A stretch of DNA of 63,986 nt, the filler included, from Hausera hauseri (Eukaryota): NCBI GenBank assembly GCA_046269625.1. It is 11 parts of 11 records of this genome, joined end to end, with 100 filler letters (N's around TTAATTAATTAA, not from the genome) between each part and the next. Parts side by side here need not be neighbours in the genome. Positions count along the whole stretch, not along the records: positions 12,114 to 16,240 come from JBJURY010745098.1; positions 16,341 to 25,410 come from JBJURY010472132.1; positions 25,511 to 32,130 come from JBJURY010081103.1; 8 more parts are not named here. One strand, 5' to 3'. Numbering within the stretch: position 1 is the stretch's first letter; every line of letters starts with the position of its first letter. The notes under the pieces are model-generated. The model made no database searches and was not told where the DNA came from. It saw nothing but the letters and a program-made list of their open reading frames with translations. A program made the position numbers and the translations under genes. Shown piece after piece: positions 12,114 to 25,825 of the stretch.

Positions 12114-13833
12114 TGCACAATTACTTGAATATAACATGACCCTACATTCTGTTTCCAAACGTACTTCGAATGTTCGACCAATACCACTGATGTTGGTCGA
12201 GATTTTGGTTAGAAACAATTCTTGACAATGGCCTTTGAGATCAAAAGACTTTCCTATTGAAAATCAGATTTGCTTCTTCCCAGGCTGGGTTATTATGGAG
12301 AAATTTTCTTGATTTCCGACAACTTTGTTCTAAACCAACTGGTGTCGAGAATAACTTGCGGACACAACCGTCCTGTTCAACAGTCGAGAGGAAACTGTCC
12401 TTCAACTGAGTTTCACATTCCTCGCTTTGTTTTCGAGGAGCACACTTATTTCATGCCGAACATTCGAGAACCAAGATTAGTTATTCTGACCACCGTGTCA
12501 TAATGCAGTCGTCTCCCCTTTTTTGTTTACATCGGTGAGTTTCGCATTTTTCTTCTGCGCCCATAATAATTCTACCACAATATGCCCTTCCCTTCTTTGA
12601 ATAATGTCGACATCTTTTCTCCGTTAGATGGAGACTTCTTCTTTCTTCTTCTTCTTCAATTCCTTTCCCTTTTGTTTTATTTTGTATTGCCCACTTATCT
12701 CTCGTCTAACCTCAAGATTCTCATATATGTCGTAATTAAAACCAACAATTATTAACATAATATCAATAATTCATCAATATCAACAACTTCTTATCCTAAA
12801 ACTTCACATAACTATTTACATTCTGTGTAGACACTTCTCTACATCAACCAGTTTCATCAACAAAATTTTACAACTTCTCAAGCTACTACAAATTTCCATA
12901 AGTAATTTATGAAACGTACAATTTTTCCACAAAAATCATTGCAGCAAAAATCACATTACATCTTTCCTCTCCCAACCGCATTATTTTCATGTTACAATCT
13001 GTATTCAAAAAAAAGAACAACACAAATATGACATAGTGATCTCTCTTGATCATCAGCTTCACAAAAACATGATTCCATATACTCGATTACTTGAAATATT
13101 CACAAAAACAAACATCTTTTTACAATGTTCTTACACCTTCTACTATCAAAAATTTACAAAGCAGAAAAAGAATTTTATGTCTGCTATGTGTTATCTGTCC
13201 TTTCTCTCTTCACAATTATACTTTCTTTCACTCGCAAATTCACGGGTTTTGGGTATGCTTTTGTTTAGTCTCCCAGTCCCTTCCCTTGGTTTGAAATTCA
13301 TATAGTCCCTTTCTCTCTTTTATTTGGGATTTCTTATAGTTGAAAGGCCTTCCTTTCTCACGCCCTCTCCTTATTCAAAGATCATTTTCTTTTTCGAAAA
13401 AACCAAAATATCTTTGCTCTAACTGCTTTATATTATTTATCTTCAACAATTTTCACCAGTTATCTTTATGCATCATTTATTTTCTCAATATTATTATCAA
13501 TCGATCCTTTAATCGCATGGAACTTCTTTGATTATTCTAACTTTATTATTCCTATTATGCATGGAACTCTCTACTTAAGTTTTACTACATTTCATTAAGT
13601 TTAGCTTATCTTCTCTTTGTTTCCCATGTTTTCTTACAAATCCTTCGCCATATACTAATCTTCTTTGAACATACTATATCAACTATTAATGTACTTCCTT
13701 ATCACTTTCATATTATATTGAACTTGCAAATTCTCGTCTAGTTTAAATGGCTTATAATTGTGTTAAGGTTGCAGTGAAGAAATGTGACATCATTTTTATC
13801 AATCTCTCATGATTAACTTGCTCCATATTCTGA

Positions 13834-14899
13834 CTACGCTTGTCTATTATGTATTTTTTTCACATGATTCTCTCTCTTATCTTGCACTGCACTTTGTTGT
13901 ACTATTGGCTCACTGTCTGTTCTGCCTTTTACTACCTGTGCTAACTGCTTTCTTAATTTTGTAATTATGCTTATCTTTTCCGAATGTTCTTCCTCTAAGT
14001 GTTGCAACTGTTTCTGCAGGTGCTGAATCACTTCATCTTTCTCAGTTACGCTATTATGAAGTTGTTTTATTTTCATTGCTGTGTCCTGTCTATTCTCCAT
14101 TATTTCTTGCATTAAATTTCTGACTTCTTCCATTTCTTTATCCTTCACCTGAATTATGCTTTTGAGTTCTTTAATTTTATCTTCTACTGCTATTTGAAGT
14201 TCCTTCAACTTTTCTCTTATCTCATTGACGTGTACATTCTCAATTCGTCGTTGTAACTGCATGTTCTTACTAATGGGAATTTTCGAGTCTTTGTTACCAC
14301 TTTCATCTAGTTTCTTCTTATACTTTTGTCTCAATGCTGCCTGTCTCTGAACTTTCGCTTGCGGTTCTTCTACAGTGCCTGTATCTGAATCTCGAAGTCT
14401 TTTTAATCTATGTGCCATTTGTTCTAAATCCGATATCTCTGACTGTCTCGTGTTCTGTTCTACTTTCTTGATTACTCTGAATTTCTTCTTCATTATCTCT
14501 TTCTTGTTGTATTAATCTCTGTTCTCTATACTGTAGTCTTTTCTTGCGTTCCGGTAATGGGATATCACATTCATTCGATGAACTACTTCTCATCTCTCTT
14601 TGTCTTTTAACCTGTTGACTCCTGGCTTCTTCAAATCTTTTTCTAACTGCTGCTTGCGTATTCTGAAATGGTGCACCTGCTTCTGACAAGGATGGCTGTT
14701 CTGCTGTAGGAGGATCATTTTCTGTTCTATTTTCGTTCTTTCTACCAAACTGCGGAAATATGGGTGGTCTTATAAGTTCATATCTAGAGTCACTGACTTC
14801 TTCTGATAGTGTTTCTACTATTCTTACTTCATGAGATGCATCTGTATGATCTATCTCTGGCGGTACTACATTTCTTGCTCTACGTGTTCTTTCCGTACT
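13834..14899 (-). pseudogene. Long charged/coiled-coil extension fused to the integrase C-terminus
   Basis: ORF 14408-14689 is in the same frame as the integrase. It overlaps the heptad-rich ORF 13834-14493 through a frameshift. Confidence 0.6.
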
Positions 14900-16138
14900 A
14901 TCATCTTTTCTTAAAAAATCTGTTGTGACCGTGGCTTTCTGACCTGTGATCTGATTTTTGATGAGTTACGTAACTGGTCCTCGTTTTTCAATTGTTGTGT
15001 ATCCTGGAATCCATCTGTTCTGCATTTAGGACTTTCTGTGATGCACGCTATAATATACTTTATCTCCGATATCGAATTCTTGGTACACTGTCTTATCTGC
15101 AGTTTGGTCCTTGCGTTTTTGGAATGATTTTCTAATGTTTCTGCTTACTTTGATTGAAATCTCATGCAATTTCTGCAGCAAGTACTTGTGGAAATCATCG
15201 CCTTGATACCAATACCATGGCGTTAACAAATTGTCTAGAGGGAATATACGTTCCCTACTAAATATCATTTCATATGGGGAAAACCTTCTGTTTTCCATTA
15301 TACGTAGGGTCATAGCAGCCATGTTTAAATATAGATCCCAATCCGTTGGTTGATCCTTAACGTATTTTGTAATAACATCATAGATAACTTTATGTTGACG
15401 TTTGTTGACCCCATTTGGTCCCGGATTGTAATACAACATCTTTATGTGTTTAACGTTTAGTTCTTTAAGCGTGTCATTTATAGCTTTGTTGACAAATTCC
15501 GCACTGTTGTCCGTGATGATTTCTCTTGGACAACCAAAGCTCGGAATAAATTGTTCCACTAAGATATCGACTATATTTTCGGCTGCTTTACTTGGAAGTG
15601 GATACAATTCCGGCCAACAACTATATAAATCCACGATATGAAGTATATATGCATTTCCAGATGGCGTCAAAGGGTGGGGACCAGATAAATCAAGACTGGC
15701 CTTCTCGAAAAGGAAATCTGCATGATCAGGCTCTTGCATCGGATGTTTTAAATGTTCCATATTTCTTAGTTTGCATGGTTGGCAATTTTTTATATATTCT
15801 GCGATCTCCTTTTGCATATTTGTACAAACATACTTTCGTTTAATTATCGTGAAAGTTCGATCTCTTCCCAAATGACCAAGTTTATCGTGATATTGTTCTA
15901 ATATTCTTGGTTTTAAATGTGTTGGTTTACACAACTGATATTCTCCTTCTCCTTCCATTCTATATAGTATCTCCTCTTCTATTAAATATCTTTTCCATCG
16001 GATCACCTTCTCTTCTTTGGTGGAATTTATATCATTAATAATTTGTAGTAGTTCTTTATCTTTCTTTTGTTCTTCTTTCATATTTATTTGTTCGATTTCG
16101 CTCTGCTCTGAATCTATTTCCATACAAGTTTCCTGCAC
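14900..16138 (-). pseudogene. Ty3/Gypsy integrase (HHCC, DDE core, GPY/F-like C-terminus), inactive
   Basis: YHDKLGH...CQPC zinc site, DLSGP, TDNSAEF. The catalytic E is replaced (NGVNKRQH). After the stop at 15026 the frame continues RWIPGYTTIEKRGPVT*LIKNQITG. Confidence 0.92.
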
Positions 16139-16240
16139 TTGCGTTTCGTTGGAATTTATAACAGAAAATTGAAGCGTATGGTCGTCTAGATCAGGCGTGC
16201 CTTCCTTATCTTCTGATTCTACATCAGTGTGAATTTTATC

Positions 16241-16340
16241 NNNNNNNNNNNNNNNNNNNNNNNNNNNNNNNNNNNNNNNNNNNNTTAATTAATTAANNNN
16301 NNNNNNNNNNNNNNNNNNNNNNNNNNNNNNNNNNNNNNNN
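16241..16340. other. Artificial contig spacer
   Basis: N44-TTAATTAATTAA-N44. Confidence 0.97.
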
Positions 16341-16652
16341 TAATTAACGACATACCGGCGACCAAGGCCCCACATCAAGTAATCGAGTATAGTTTGAAAG
16401 TCTTAAAATTTGGGCTATAAGTTCAAAAAGGTTTTAAAATAAAAATCTTTAGAGAACAAATATTGATAGATTAAGAGTAGAGAGAGAGAGAACAAAAATT
16501 TAGATAAACGTTCACTTTCCGAAACAAAAGTAAACTCAGTTAATACATATTTAACCGCCGTTGAACGATTCGATAAGTTAGAAATTCCTCTTGTGAAAAC
16601 TAAAGTTAAAAGAAACAATAAAGTAAATTTAGAGACTAATTACGCAAATAAT

Positions 16653-17716
16653 ATGGCAGCAGATAACCCACCAGTAGTGCAGAAGCTAGACATCTTCACT
16701 TTTGATTCTCTGAATCTGCCGGCATACGATGGAAATCCGGAGAGATTAAATGAATTTTTGAGAACTTATAAATTGCACCAGTCTTACTCCTAAAGCAAAG
16801 ATTAGATGTTTGTTTTTATATCTGAAGAATTTAGGCGCTGATGCTTACAGCGAGCTCACTACTGATGAGAAAAAATTTTGGTCCTCCCTGGTAGGAGCAT
16901 TAAACCGATAATTATTGCCAACAGTAACACCGCAACAGAAACTTATGGCATTTCAGAACAGGGTGCAACAGAAGGGTGAATCGGTAACCCAGTTTGCATT
17001 TTCATCGAAGAAACTCGCTAATAGTTATGTAAGAACATTGAGAATAGCCAATTTCGCCAGAGCCAAAACAGACGCGGAACGTGTGCCGCCAAAAAAGGCA
17101 ACCACTTCAGATTTGGATGTCATGATGACGACGCAATTATTTAATGGTATTTGGTCCCGAGATTTAGTGAAACAGTTGATTTTAGCCAGACCTGAGAATT
17201 TTGAAAGGACTTTGCAATTGGTCCAAGACTTAAAAATGGCACTTGATAGATATGCCAGACACAATGATAGGAATGATAGAAATAATGATCGAAATGATCG
17301 TAGCAATAGAAATTGGATTGATAATCGTGGGAGAGAGTAGACGATTTAACGATAATAGAAATAATAATATTGACTATAGGAATGGTCGAAACAGTACTTA
17401 CGCGAGTGATCGAAATACGAATAAGTTTAATTCCAATTCGGATAGAAATCGACTTAGCTATAAAAGTTCTAACTTTCAAAATCATCATGATGATAATCGA
17501 AATAATAATAATCGACGAAATGTAGATGGTGCACAAAGTTCGTCGAATCAATACTATAGAAGGCCAAATAGCGCTAAGTCACCTGAAAACGAAAACGGTC
17601 GTCAGAGAGTTGGCAGAAATGGGAATTTAGTTTGCATTACTTGCGGTAAGGAAGGACATATTGCAAGGTCATGTCCGAAACCGCGTAGCGTCTCCTTCAC
17701 CGAGCCTAATAAGTAG
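16653..17716 (+). pseudogene. gag: gag (capsid + N/R/D-rich linker + CCHC nucleocapsid), copy 1
   Basis: LPAYDGNP, MHR-like QQKGESVTQFA, zinc knuckle CITCGKEGHIARSC. Frameshifted. Confidence 0.9.
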
Positions 17717-17745
17717 AGTATGTTAAAGTCAACAAAAACTTAACA

Positions 17746-20700
17746 ATGAAATATGGCGTGTGTGGAGATACAGGTACTATTATTGACATACAGGATTTGC
17801 GAAAATTTCTAGATGCTCAGCCTGAGACTAATAATCCACAAATTCTTATGGCCAGGAAAGAATACGGCGATAAACTACGATTATTAGAGGTTTACCACGG
17901 TTTAGAAAAACCGGAAACTGAATATGAGTATGCCATAGTACCCAACCAAATTGATATAACGCGGAAAAAGAGTATTCCGACAATTAATAAAACGGTAGAG
18001 AAACCAGGAACTTCGACAGAAGTCGACTTAGATGCAGAACCTAAGTCTACGGTTGAAAAAGTAAATAAGATTACAGAAGATGATATAGCAGAAAAAGAAT
18101 TTATGGAACAATTAATACTTAGAATTACAAAAAACAGAGGCCGTAGCCCCTAACTTAAGCAAAAACGTAGAAGTCGTTCGCGATCGCAAGTAACTAAAGA
18201 AAAACCAGAAGAAGCAAAGGATACAAACATCGCTGTAAAAACCGACGTAGAGTCTAGTTTAAAAACAGCAGAAATAGGTCTATTTACACCCATCGAGGTA
18301 AAAGAATGTGCAAAGTCGATTAACAAAATCAACGAGATTTGCCTACTTCCCACTAGCAAGGCAGAAACAAGAAATATTGATAACTTTGATCCAAGAAAGT
18401 GGAAAGTCCGACGTTCATGGAAAAACGCCGATGAATTAAAGAAAATGAGAATTAGATGCCACAATCCAGAAACATTACAGCAAAATTTAGAAAGGCTTAA
18501 GCAGATTAGCGAACAAGTAGATATATCTGATAATGAGCAACAATTTGCTGAGAGGTTATATAAAAGTTTAAAATTATGTAGTGAAGGAAAACTCGAGGAA
18601 GCAATCGACTTAAAACAACCTGAAGTGGTGCCACCTGAAACGTCAATAAAATGGAAGCGTGAATTAGAATCGTGGATTAAAAATGGAGTCGAATTTTCGG
18701 AAGGGTGGAGCAAAAAAGAAGATAGTGTTGATGTAAAAGTCGCTAAAGCCCAGACGCTACTGTCTACCTTGGAGGAAAATCCAAATCTGAAGAGAATAGT
18801 CCGTAATTTAGAGCATATGATGGATGAAATTCATGTGCAATGATTAATCGGCTTAGAGAAAAACCGGTTAACCACCGAAGTGACGTTGATTTAGAGATAT
18901 TGGGTATAGACCCAGTAGACATTCCTCCTTTAATAGAGATAATAAAAATTGCCTTCGCCGTACCTAGATAATATATGAATTTAGAAATTCGTATTAAAAT
19001 GGAGAATGCAAAGAGATCACAAATTAGTATTTTGAGAAATCGAGTTATGCTTATGAATAACGAAGAAACCAAATATGTAATAAAGGCTTGTATAATAGAA
19101 TTCTACGAATATAAGGATGAGTTCAATTATGTCAGTCGGATTATGATTTTCATAGAAGATCCAGATGATGAATTAAAGGATGCTTATAAAATGTTATACA
19201 AGGCGATATTAGCAAAACCTATAATGGTTAACCAATTGAACGAATGGTCCGAATTAATATCGAGACTAAGCAAATTAGTGGGAAACCGTATCAAGGAATT
19301 TTCAGAAAGCGAACCTACGATAAAGAGACAATTAGAAGAAAGTGCACGTAACTTAGATACGATACAAGCGGAGATATATATCCGGACTCAATTCGACGCA
19401 TTACGGCTGTGATGTTTGACAAATAAATTCCAGCTTTAAACACGAAGGATATATTCAGAAATAAAATCCACGGATGATGAAAAACGATCTAATAAATAGG
19501 AAATCGAAATTGAATACCAATATATTTTGAACAAACGTCTAACAAATTAATCTGCTTAAAATCGAAAGGAAACCAAAGTTGTAACCAATATTTATTTAAT
19601 GTCTGTTATTGACAATAAACTAAAAGAATCAATTCTTAAAATATCTGCATATTAAAACAATCTCAATTTTTTGCACATATATAACATCATGTTACAATCT
19701 AGACAGTATAGTCACCAAATAGATAGTTCAGTAAATAAGGTCCATTTGAAAATCAAAAAAATAACCATAAAATTATATAAAAGTTTGTATACATACAAGC
19801 ATCTGAACAACAATATCGACACAAGAATGATACAGACTGAATAGCCGTCCCATACAAAATATTGTAAAAAATAAAAAAATAGGTTTCGAGTCAGTCGTCT
19901 ATTTTAATTTCTGTGTAAAAGACTGTAGCAAACGGAGGTGGGTTTTGAATCAATTAATCAAATGAGAGAATTCTAACGAAAAGAGTTGCTTCAGTTCACG
20001 CGATTCCACATCGTACGACTGCTGAATTTCGTTCAGAATATTTTCTTGTTTTGACAATTCTTTCGAATTCTTGTTGATATCCGATTCGATAATAATAATC
20101 AGACTGGTCCACCAGTCATCGTCGCCCACACAGTACTTATTTTTCATTCGAATAATTTTCATTAAACTTCCGGCATCTCTAATGATTGGATCCCTGGTCG
20201 ATTTTTGTGTTTGTAGATTTTGGATACATGTGGTACGAATAATTTGGTCAGTCAATGCAAATCCTCGTTCAAATGAATGAAAGAAAAGAGATGTTATTCT
20301 GATACTGACGGAATGGGTCATGATTGATGGATGAGGAGCGCGATAAATTAGTACTACTACCGGCTAGTGTGTGGAGAATACTAGACTCGCTTGTCGATGG
20401 TAATGATATCAATTTGTGTTTGACTTCCTGTTGTTTCTTTGGTAGACTTATTTTCAGGAGTATGTTGACGATCGTACAGCAGATCCATGGACGGATAATG
20501 GGTGGCATGTAAGACTGCAATATATCTTGTTGATAAGGGGGCTGATCGTTTTCATGACACTAAGTGATGTTGAACTGGTGATAAGTAAGGCAATGAGATT
20601 CGTCAATCCGTCTGTTGACACAGTAGGTTTGTATGCCGATAAATTCGTTACTGGCAAATCTCGAGGCAGAAGATCGGGGCCCGCCTAGGAACCCGACGTG

Positions 20701-22905
20701 GCGGCAACGGATGCCCGGCCGTGTCCAACCAAATGGGCCAGAGGGCGCCGGCCGCTGTGGGCACCACAACGGCAAATGAACTTTATAAAAAAGAAACAAG
20801 AAATGATGATATTGGAAGAAATATATAAAATTATCGAAGAGACAAACTTTACAGAAAAGCGGAATATGAGTTGCAATTTTTACCCAAGATTAAGAAACAT
20901 CCGACTAGAAGGAGTCCAACATTTAACAGCTAAATCTATTGACGAAATCTTAATTCAAAATTTCGAAACTTTGGATATTTGTTCAGAACATAGAGCCGCT
21001 GTAGAGGAAGCAATAAGATTCCTACATAAACCACAAAATATATGGCCGGAACAGATCAAAATTGCCATACCGGCTTAACAAAAATAAGGAATGACCACCA
21101 CCTCAGTTTTGAAGAAAGTAAGTTCGTGAAGAAACTGCTTGATGCGATAGACCCCGACTCAGAAATTCTTAATGAGATGTATGAGTTAACCCTACTATTA
21201 GTAGAAATGGCAGAAATTAGCTATGAGAAGATAAGACAATTGATGCCTCAAATACGACAGGCTGAAGAAACGTGCATTAGAACCAAACAAAGAGCAATAA
21301 GGTTAGACGAATTAGCAAAATAGCTCGAAATTTATCGGAACAAGTATGCTTTTACTGAGTCAGAAATTAACAGAAAGATAGAGTTTGTATAAAGATAACA
21401 AAGCGATGTAACTATATAGCTAAACGACTATAATCAAATACAACCGAGATTATAGGAAATTCGAGAGAACGTACAAAGATTGAATACAGCGCTAGTAGAC
21501 TATGGACTTCCAGAAGTTGGAAACGAAGCAGAATGGGATGCTTACTTAGATGCGATAAATGCCAAAAATCCGATAACTCCAGTACGTTTAAATGAACCAG
21601 AAATGTGTCCGCAGATTAGGAGATTTAATGTGGAGATGCTCCTGGACTCAGCTCTAACTGAAAAAGCTTTAGTCGAACTAACTAACGTAAATATTACTGA
21701 AAATAAGCTAAGGCAACTTATTCCGACCCTAACCAAATTATCTTGTGAGAATACAATATATAGCGCGGTCCCAAAACTACTGATAAGGAAATACGCTAAA
21801 ATCTTAAAAGCTAAGCCTGAGGTAACGATGAAAATAAAGATGGGCGAAAAAGAATGTGAGTTAACCACATATTCATATGTGAGGGATATAAGATAATGGT
21901 TAATGAACAATGGTGGAACAAATGAGTTAATTATAGATTTTATTTTAGAGGTAGAATATTAGACGACTTAGAACAGTTAATAGACATTGAAGTATCCCCG
22001 ACGAAACAAACCGAACAGTGGTAACAGTAGCTAATGAGCACACTAAATAAGAAGCCACACGTAAGGCTGAGACAAAACAATGTGTAGGACAAATCATGGG
22101 AGTCCGAGATGCCGCCATGTATTTTGAGTATCTGCAAACGGACAAAGACAAGAAACAGTACGACAAGAATTTAGTACCACTGAGTGAAATGACAACAACG
22201 GTTTCGAAACAGAAACACCCTGTAGGTAGGCCCAGGAATACGAGAAGATGTTGACTACAAAGGAGAATTGATTAGAGAATTGAGACAGATGTCAATTCCT
22301 ATCTTCAGTGCAGACAACGAAGAGTTAAGCGAGTTAATGAAAAATCTAATACGCATCGTAAATTATTCAAACTTCCATGGTGACGTATTGGACGAGAAAG
22401 AGAAAGCGATATTTAACGCACCTAAATGATGAGAAATTTTTGCTTTAATTTATCAAAGAGTAACCTAACCGATGAATCAGTGGTCGAGAGGATTATGGTG
22501 GAGAATACGATAGAAGAGCTAAGAAAAGTATTACTGTACTTAGCTATCAAAACAAATCCCTCTCAGGAGAATAAATTTAATATAGCTACAAGCTTAGCAA
22601 GGAAAGCGATTAGAAAACTGCCTCCAGAAATAAACTGGTTAAGATTATTCGATAAGGAAGAAGGTAAACGATCCAGCAATAGTAATCGACTCGAAGACAT
22701 GTTACGAAATCTCACAACAACGTAAAATAATAACCGTAGAAATGAATCAAACTGGTTAATCAACTTACTCACCTTGATGATGCTGGTGAAACAAATAGGT
22801 GTCATTACCGTCTATGATTGCGATAAATTTCAACTTGGACAGAAATACTCCTTAATGGATTTAGAGGTGTGCGAAGACGCCAGATCGCATAAACTAGAAA
22901 CAAAG
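17746..22905 (+). pseudogene. Region X (unknown helical protein, RS patch, ubiquitin-like domain ~21820-22030, AT-hook ~22213-22239) and the Env signal/N-terminus, copy 1
   Basis: Colinear homology with 36809-40385. Interrupted by the solo LTR at 19408-20768, stops and frameshifts. Confidence 0.8.
19408..20768. mobile_element. Solo LTR (1361 bp) of a different LTR retrotransposon
   Basis: Termini TGTGATG...CACCACA with a perfect 5-bp TSD ACGGC (19403-19407, 20769-20773). Absent from the homologous site in copy 2 (~38135). Confidence 0.88.
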
Positions 22906-24955
22906 GAGAAAGGGAACAGAAAGGGAACAAGACGATCACTTAGGCTCTTTGCTGAAGATGGAAGAAACGTACGGATTATTGCAGTAAACTACGGGGAAAA
23001 GGACAATGGCGGATATATTCCCATATAGGTTTCCGTTCGGGAAATAAATGGCGTAGAAGTTTACTCTAAGGTAATTAGTCCCCGGAAACCAGTCAGAGAA
23101 ACCTATGCAGAGGTTACCGGAATCAAAAAGAACACCTAGTTCGAGGCAAAGACATTAACTTGCTCAGAATGGAACTCATCATGACCTATATAGATGCATT
23201 CTCGCCGGATATAAGATTGAAGAAATTGTGGGAAAACTGGAAATACCACGTACCTACATAGCAGGAGCCAGAGAAATGAAAATCCATCCTACAGTTACGC
23301 AACAATTGGGAAGACTTATCGAAGAAAAAAATAGCTGTTTGCCCATGACCGTAGAAGGTCCATTTAAGTTTATGTTGGAAGCTATGAACAGCAAGCATAT
23401 AAAGATAAGCCGTCTTATGACCGCTAGTCAAAGAACGCAATACTTACGGTATATATCTCACCCTGAAGTGAGATCATGAGTGGACCCAAGAAAATCCAAA
23501 ACAGAAACTGCTCAGTCCCACCGACCCAGAAGGATTGAATAAACTTCACAGAAAGCACTTCCGGCCATATTCGCTCCACAGGATGGTCGAATCGTCGAAC
23601 CAAGGAAACTATAATATAACCATAAAGTGGTCTGGTGCAATAAAGAACACTCCAAGGCATGGATTGGAGTTGGACAGAGACGTCCTACCGAATAATACAA
23701 ATTCTTCAATGGGATTTAAGGTACCCGTAACTCCTGAGAAATCACTAAGAGGAATTAAAACGAAGAACAACTCCAAGAGGCAGCGAATCGAAAAATCCTC
23801 CCACAAAATAATCAACTTCAGTTTACGAATACCTATTCAAAATGAAGGATAAACGAGAGAAGACCGGAGAAGGAATGAAGAATTCCAGTAGAACTAAATT
23901 GAAGGCTACTGAAACAACCCAGAAAACAAAACCAAAACGCCCAGAAGAAAACAAAAGCTTCAATAAGATCGAACAAAAACAGATGGAACCCGGTACATCC
24001 TAAAGAGAAAGACCTAGGAAAAATTTACAAAACAAAATACCAGAAAAGGGAAGATCCCAGCCTAACTAACATATCACTAAAGTGAATTTACCGCATAAAG
24101 GGAAGTCCAATGAAGATGTCCGCTATGCTTTCTCAGACGACTGTACAAAATTACTAATCATGGCAGAATATTGCAGTCATCACAGAATCGAAGAGGCCGC
24201 ATTTTACGTAAAGGCCATAAAAGCCAGAGAGACCTTAGAAGACGCATATATGGGAGAATCCGAGAATCGGACGTTATTTAGCCCCCATATTCAATTCCAG
24301 GAGGATCAGGTAGTTATCCTTGCCGGTAGACGCCTACGTTAAAATAATGCTTAAGAAACAACACCAAAAGTATCAGTCAGAGTGTAAAATTCCCGATTTG
24401 GATAGAGAAATTGTCATAGATTGGACCTTAGTGCCCATGAATTACGACCACAGAAAGAGCTCAGTAGATTGGAAACAGAAGATAATCCATGCATATTTAT
24501 ATCAAGATTAAGACGGACTTGTCTTCGAGCCTATAGAAATCTTTCGGAAGGTAGACATAGATAGAAAAGGGGTTGAAGAAGAAGAAGACGTATGTACAGT
24601 CTGTGGAGATAACATCAAACAAGGATTTGTGAAATGGGACAATAAAGAATGTAGACACAAATACTGTTGTGGATGTTTAGAAGCATGGACATTGGAGAAT
24701 GGGAAAACAAATTGTCCAGTATGTAGAGCCGAAGCCGCCGGACTTAGGTATTATTCGGACTGCAACCACCATCGGACGGTTCAGATCCACCCTGCAACTG
24801 GATATAATATCGAAGATATACCTTCAGATAATACCGAAAACGGAAGAGATCTTCGGCAGAGAATGGAGCTTCTCAGATCGCCACGCATAGGCGTCACCTT
24901 TCTTGACGCAATGGGCACATTCGAGCATGCCGCTCAGGAAGAAGAAATGTTGTAA
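22906..24955 (+). pseudogene. 3' coding region ending in a C3HC4 RING finger (24593-24727), copy 1
   Basis: CTVC...CRHKYCCGC...W...CPVCR. Homologous to 43887-44606. Confidence 0.82.
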
Positions 24956-25410
24956 AAACAAGCCTAGTGAAACAGCTGAAGCTGTTGAGATGCAAATAAT
25001 CATATTGAAATAATTAAATATACATAAACGAACGATCGAAATAGTTAAATGTACCTAAAACGAATGGTAATGGTTTAGTAGCATATGTTAATGAAATAGA
25101 AATTGTAAATAATTTGTAGATATGGCAAAATAATTATGGTAAAGGCAAATAAAATAATAATAAATAAAATTAACCAGATGGACTGGGAAGAAGCGAAAGT
25201 ATAAATATAGAGAAGAAGTCAAAACAGAGACGAGACAAGAATCAGGAAAACTGCTTATCAAAATTTGGAAAGGAAACTGTTTATTTAATTCGTTGAATGA
25301 AATTGTTGATTGAATCGCCGTATCTTCTGAACATGACCCTGTGGTAAATTTGTTGTTTAATAAAGGTTTTTCTTTTGTTAAATTGTTAAATTTCTATATA
25401 GTTTTCCACC
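24948..25410 (+). repeat. 3' LTR (partial), copy 1
   Basis: PPT caggaagaagaaa then TGTTGTA; TATA-like 25200; aataaaggttt...atagttttcca is homologous to 45005-45053. Confidence 0.75.
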
Positions 25411-25510
25411 NNNNNNNNNNNNNNNNNNNNNNNNNNNNNNNNNNNNNNNNNNNNTTAATTAATTAANNNNNNNNNNNNNNNNNNNNNNNNNNNNNNNNNN
25501 NNNNNNNNNN
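25411..25510. other. Artificial contig spacer
   Basis: N44-TTAATTAATTAA-N44. Confidence 0.97.
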
Positions 25511-25825
25511 TGCAAAATATTCCAGATGGTGGGCATGATCTTCTTGAAATTCTTCATGCGTTCTGCATATCGTCTCACATCTGGGGCATACATAGTACAC
25601 AGTTCTATTAAAAGTATAACTGTAGTATTTTATATCAACGGATTGCGCATTATATCCGTGCGCTGCATGGAATTGCGCATTATATCCATGCGCTGCATGG
25701 AATTGCGCATTAAATCCTTGTGCATTATTGCCTTGCACAGCACCTGATCTAGATCCTCCTGCTTCTGAATTGTCCGATCCACTATGTAAAGCATTAACTG
25801 CTTTTAAGAGTTTTGTATTGATCAT
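25511..25825 (-). CDS. N-terminus of a Polinton/Maverick pPolB ORF (truncated by the contig end)
   Basis: YYSYTFNRTVYYVCPRCETIC..HAHHLEYFA is homologous to YYGHKFNRIIYYICPECEAVC..YKHHLTDFA in ORF 30117-30698, which leads into pPolB. Contains a 30-bp tandem repeat (~25640-25712). Confidence 0.65.

Larger units (their letters stand above)
16341..25410 (+). mobile_element. Giant Gypsy-like LTR element, copy 1 (internally deleted: most of env and all of pol missing)
   Basis: The 5' leader matches 45369+ of copy 3. Contains gag, region X, the Env N-terminus, then a jump at ~22905 to the 3' region, RING, PPT and a partial 3' LTR. Confidence 0.88.

Noticed and set aside
12114-12622. Candidate 3' LTR and PPT for the minus-strand Gypsy element
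   Set aside because: A TG start next to a purine tract (12605-12622) is plausible, but there is no second LTR or TSD to confirm it.
12114-25410. Integrase (15026-16138) as the missing IN of the giant element
   Set aside because: Different contig and opposite strand; its downstream region has no similarity to the RING-ending 3' region.
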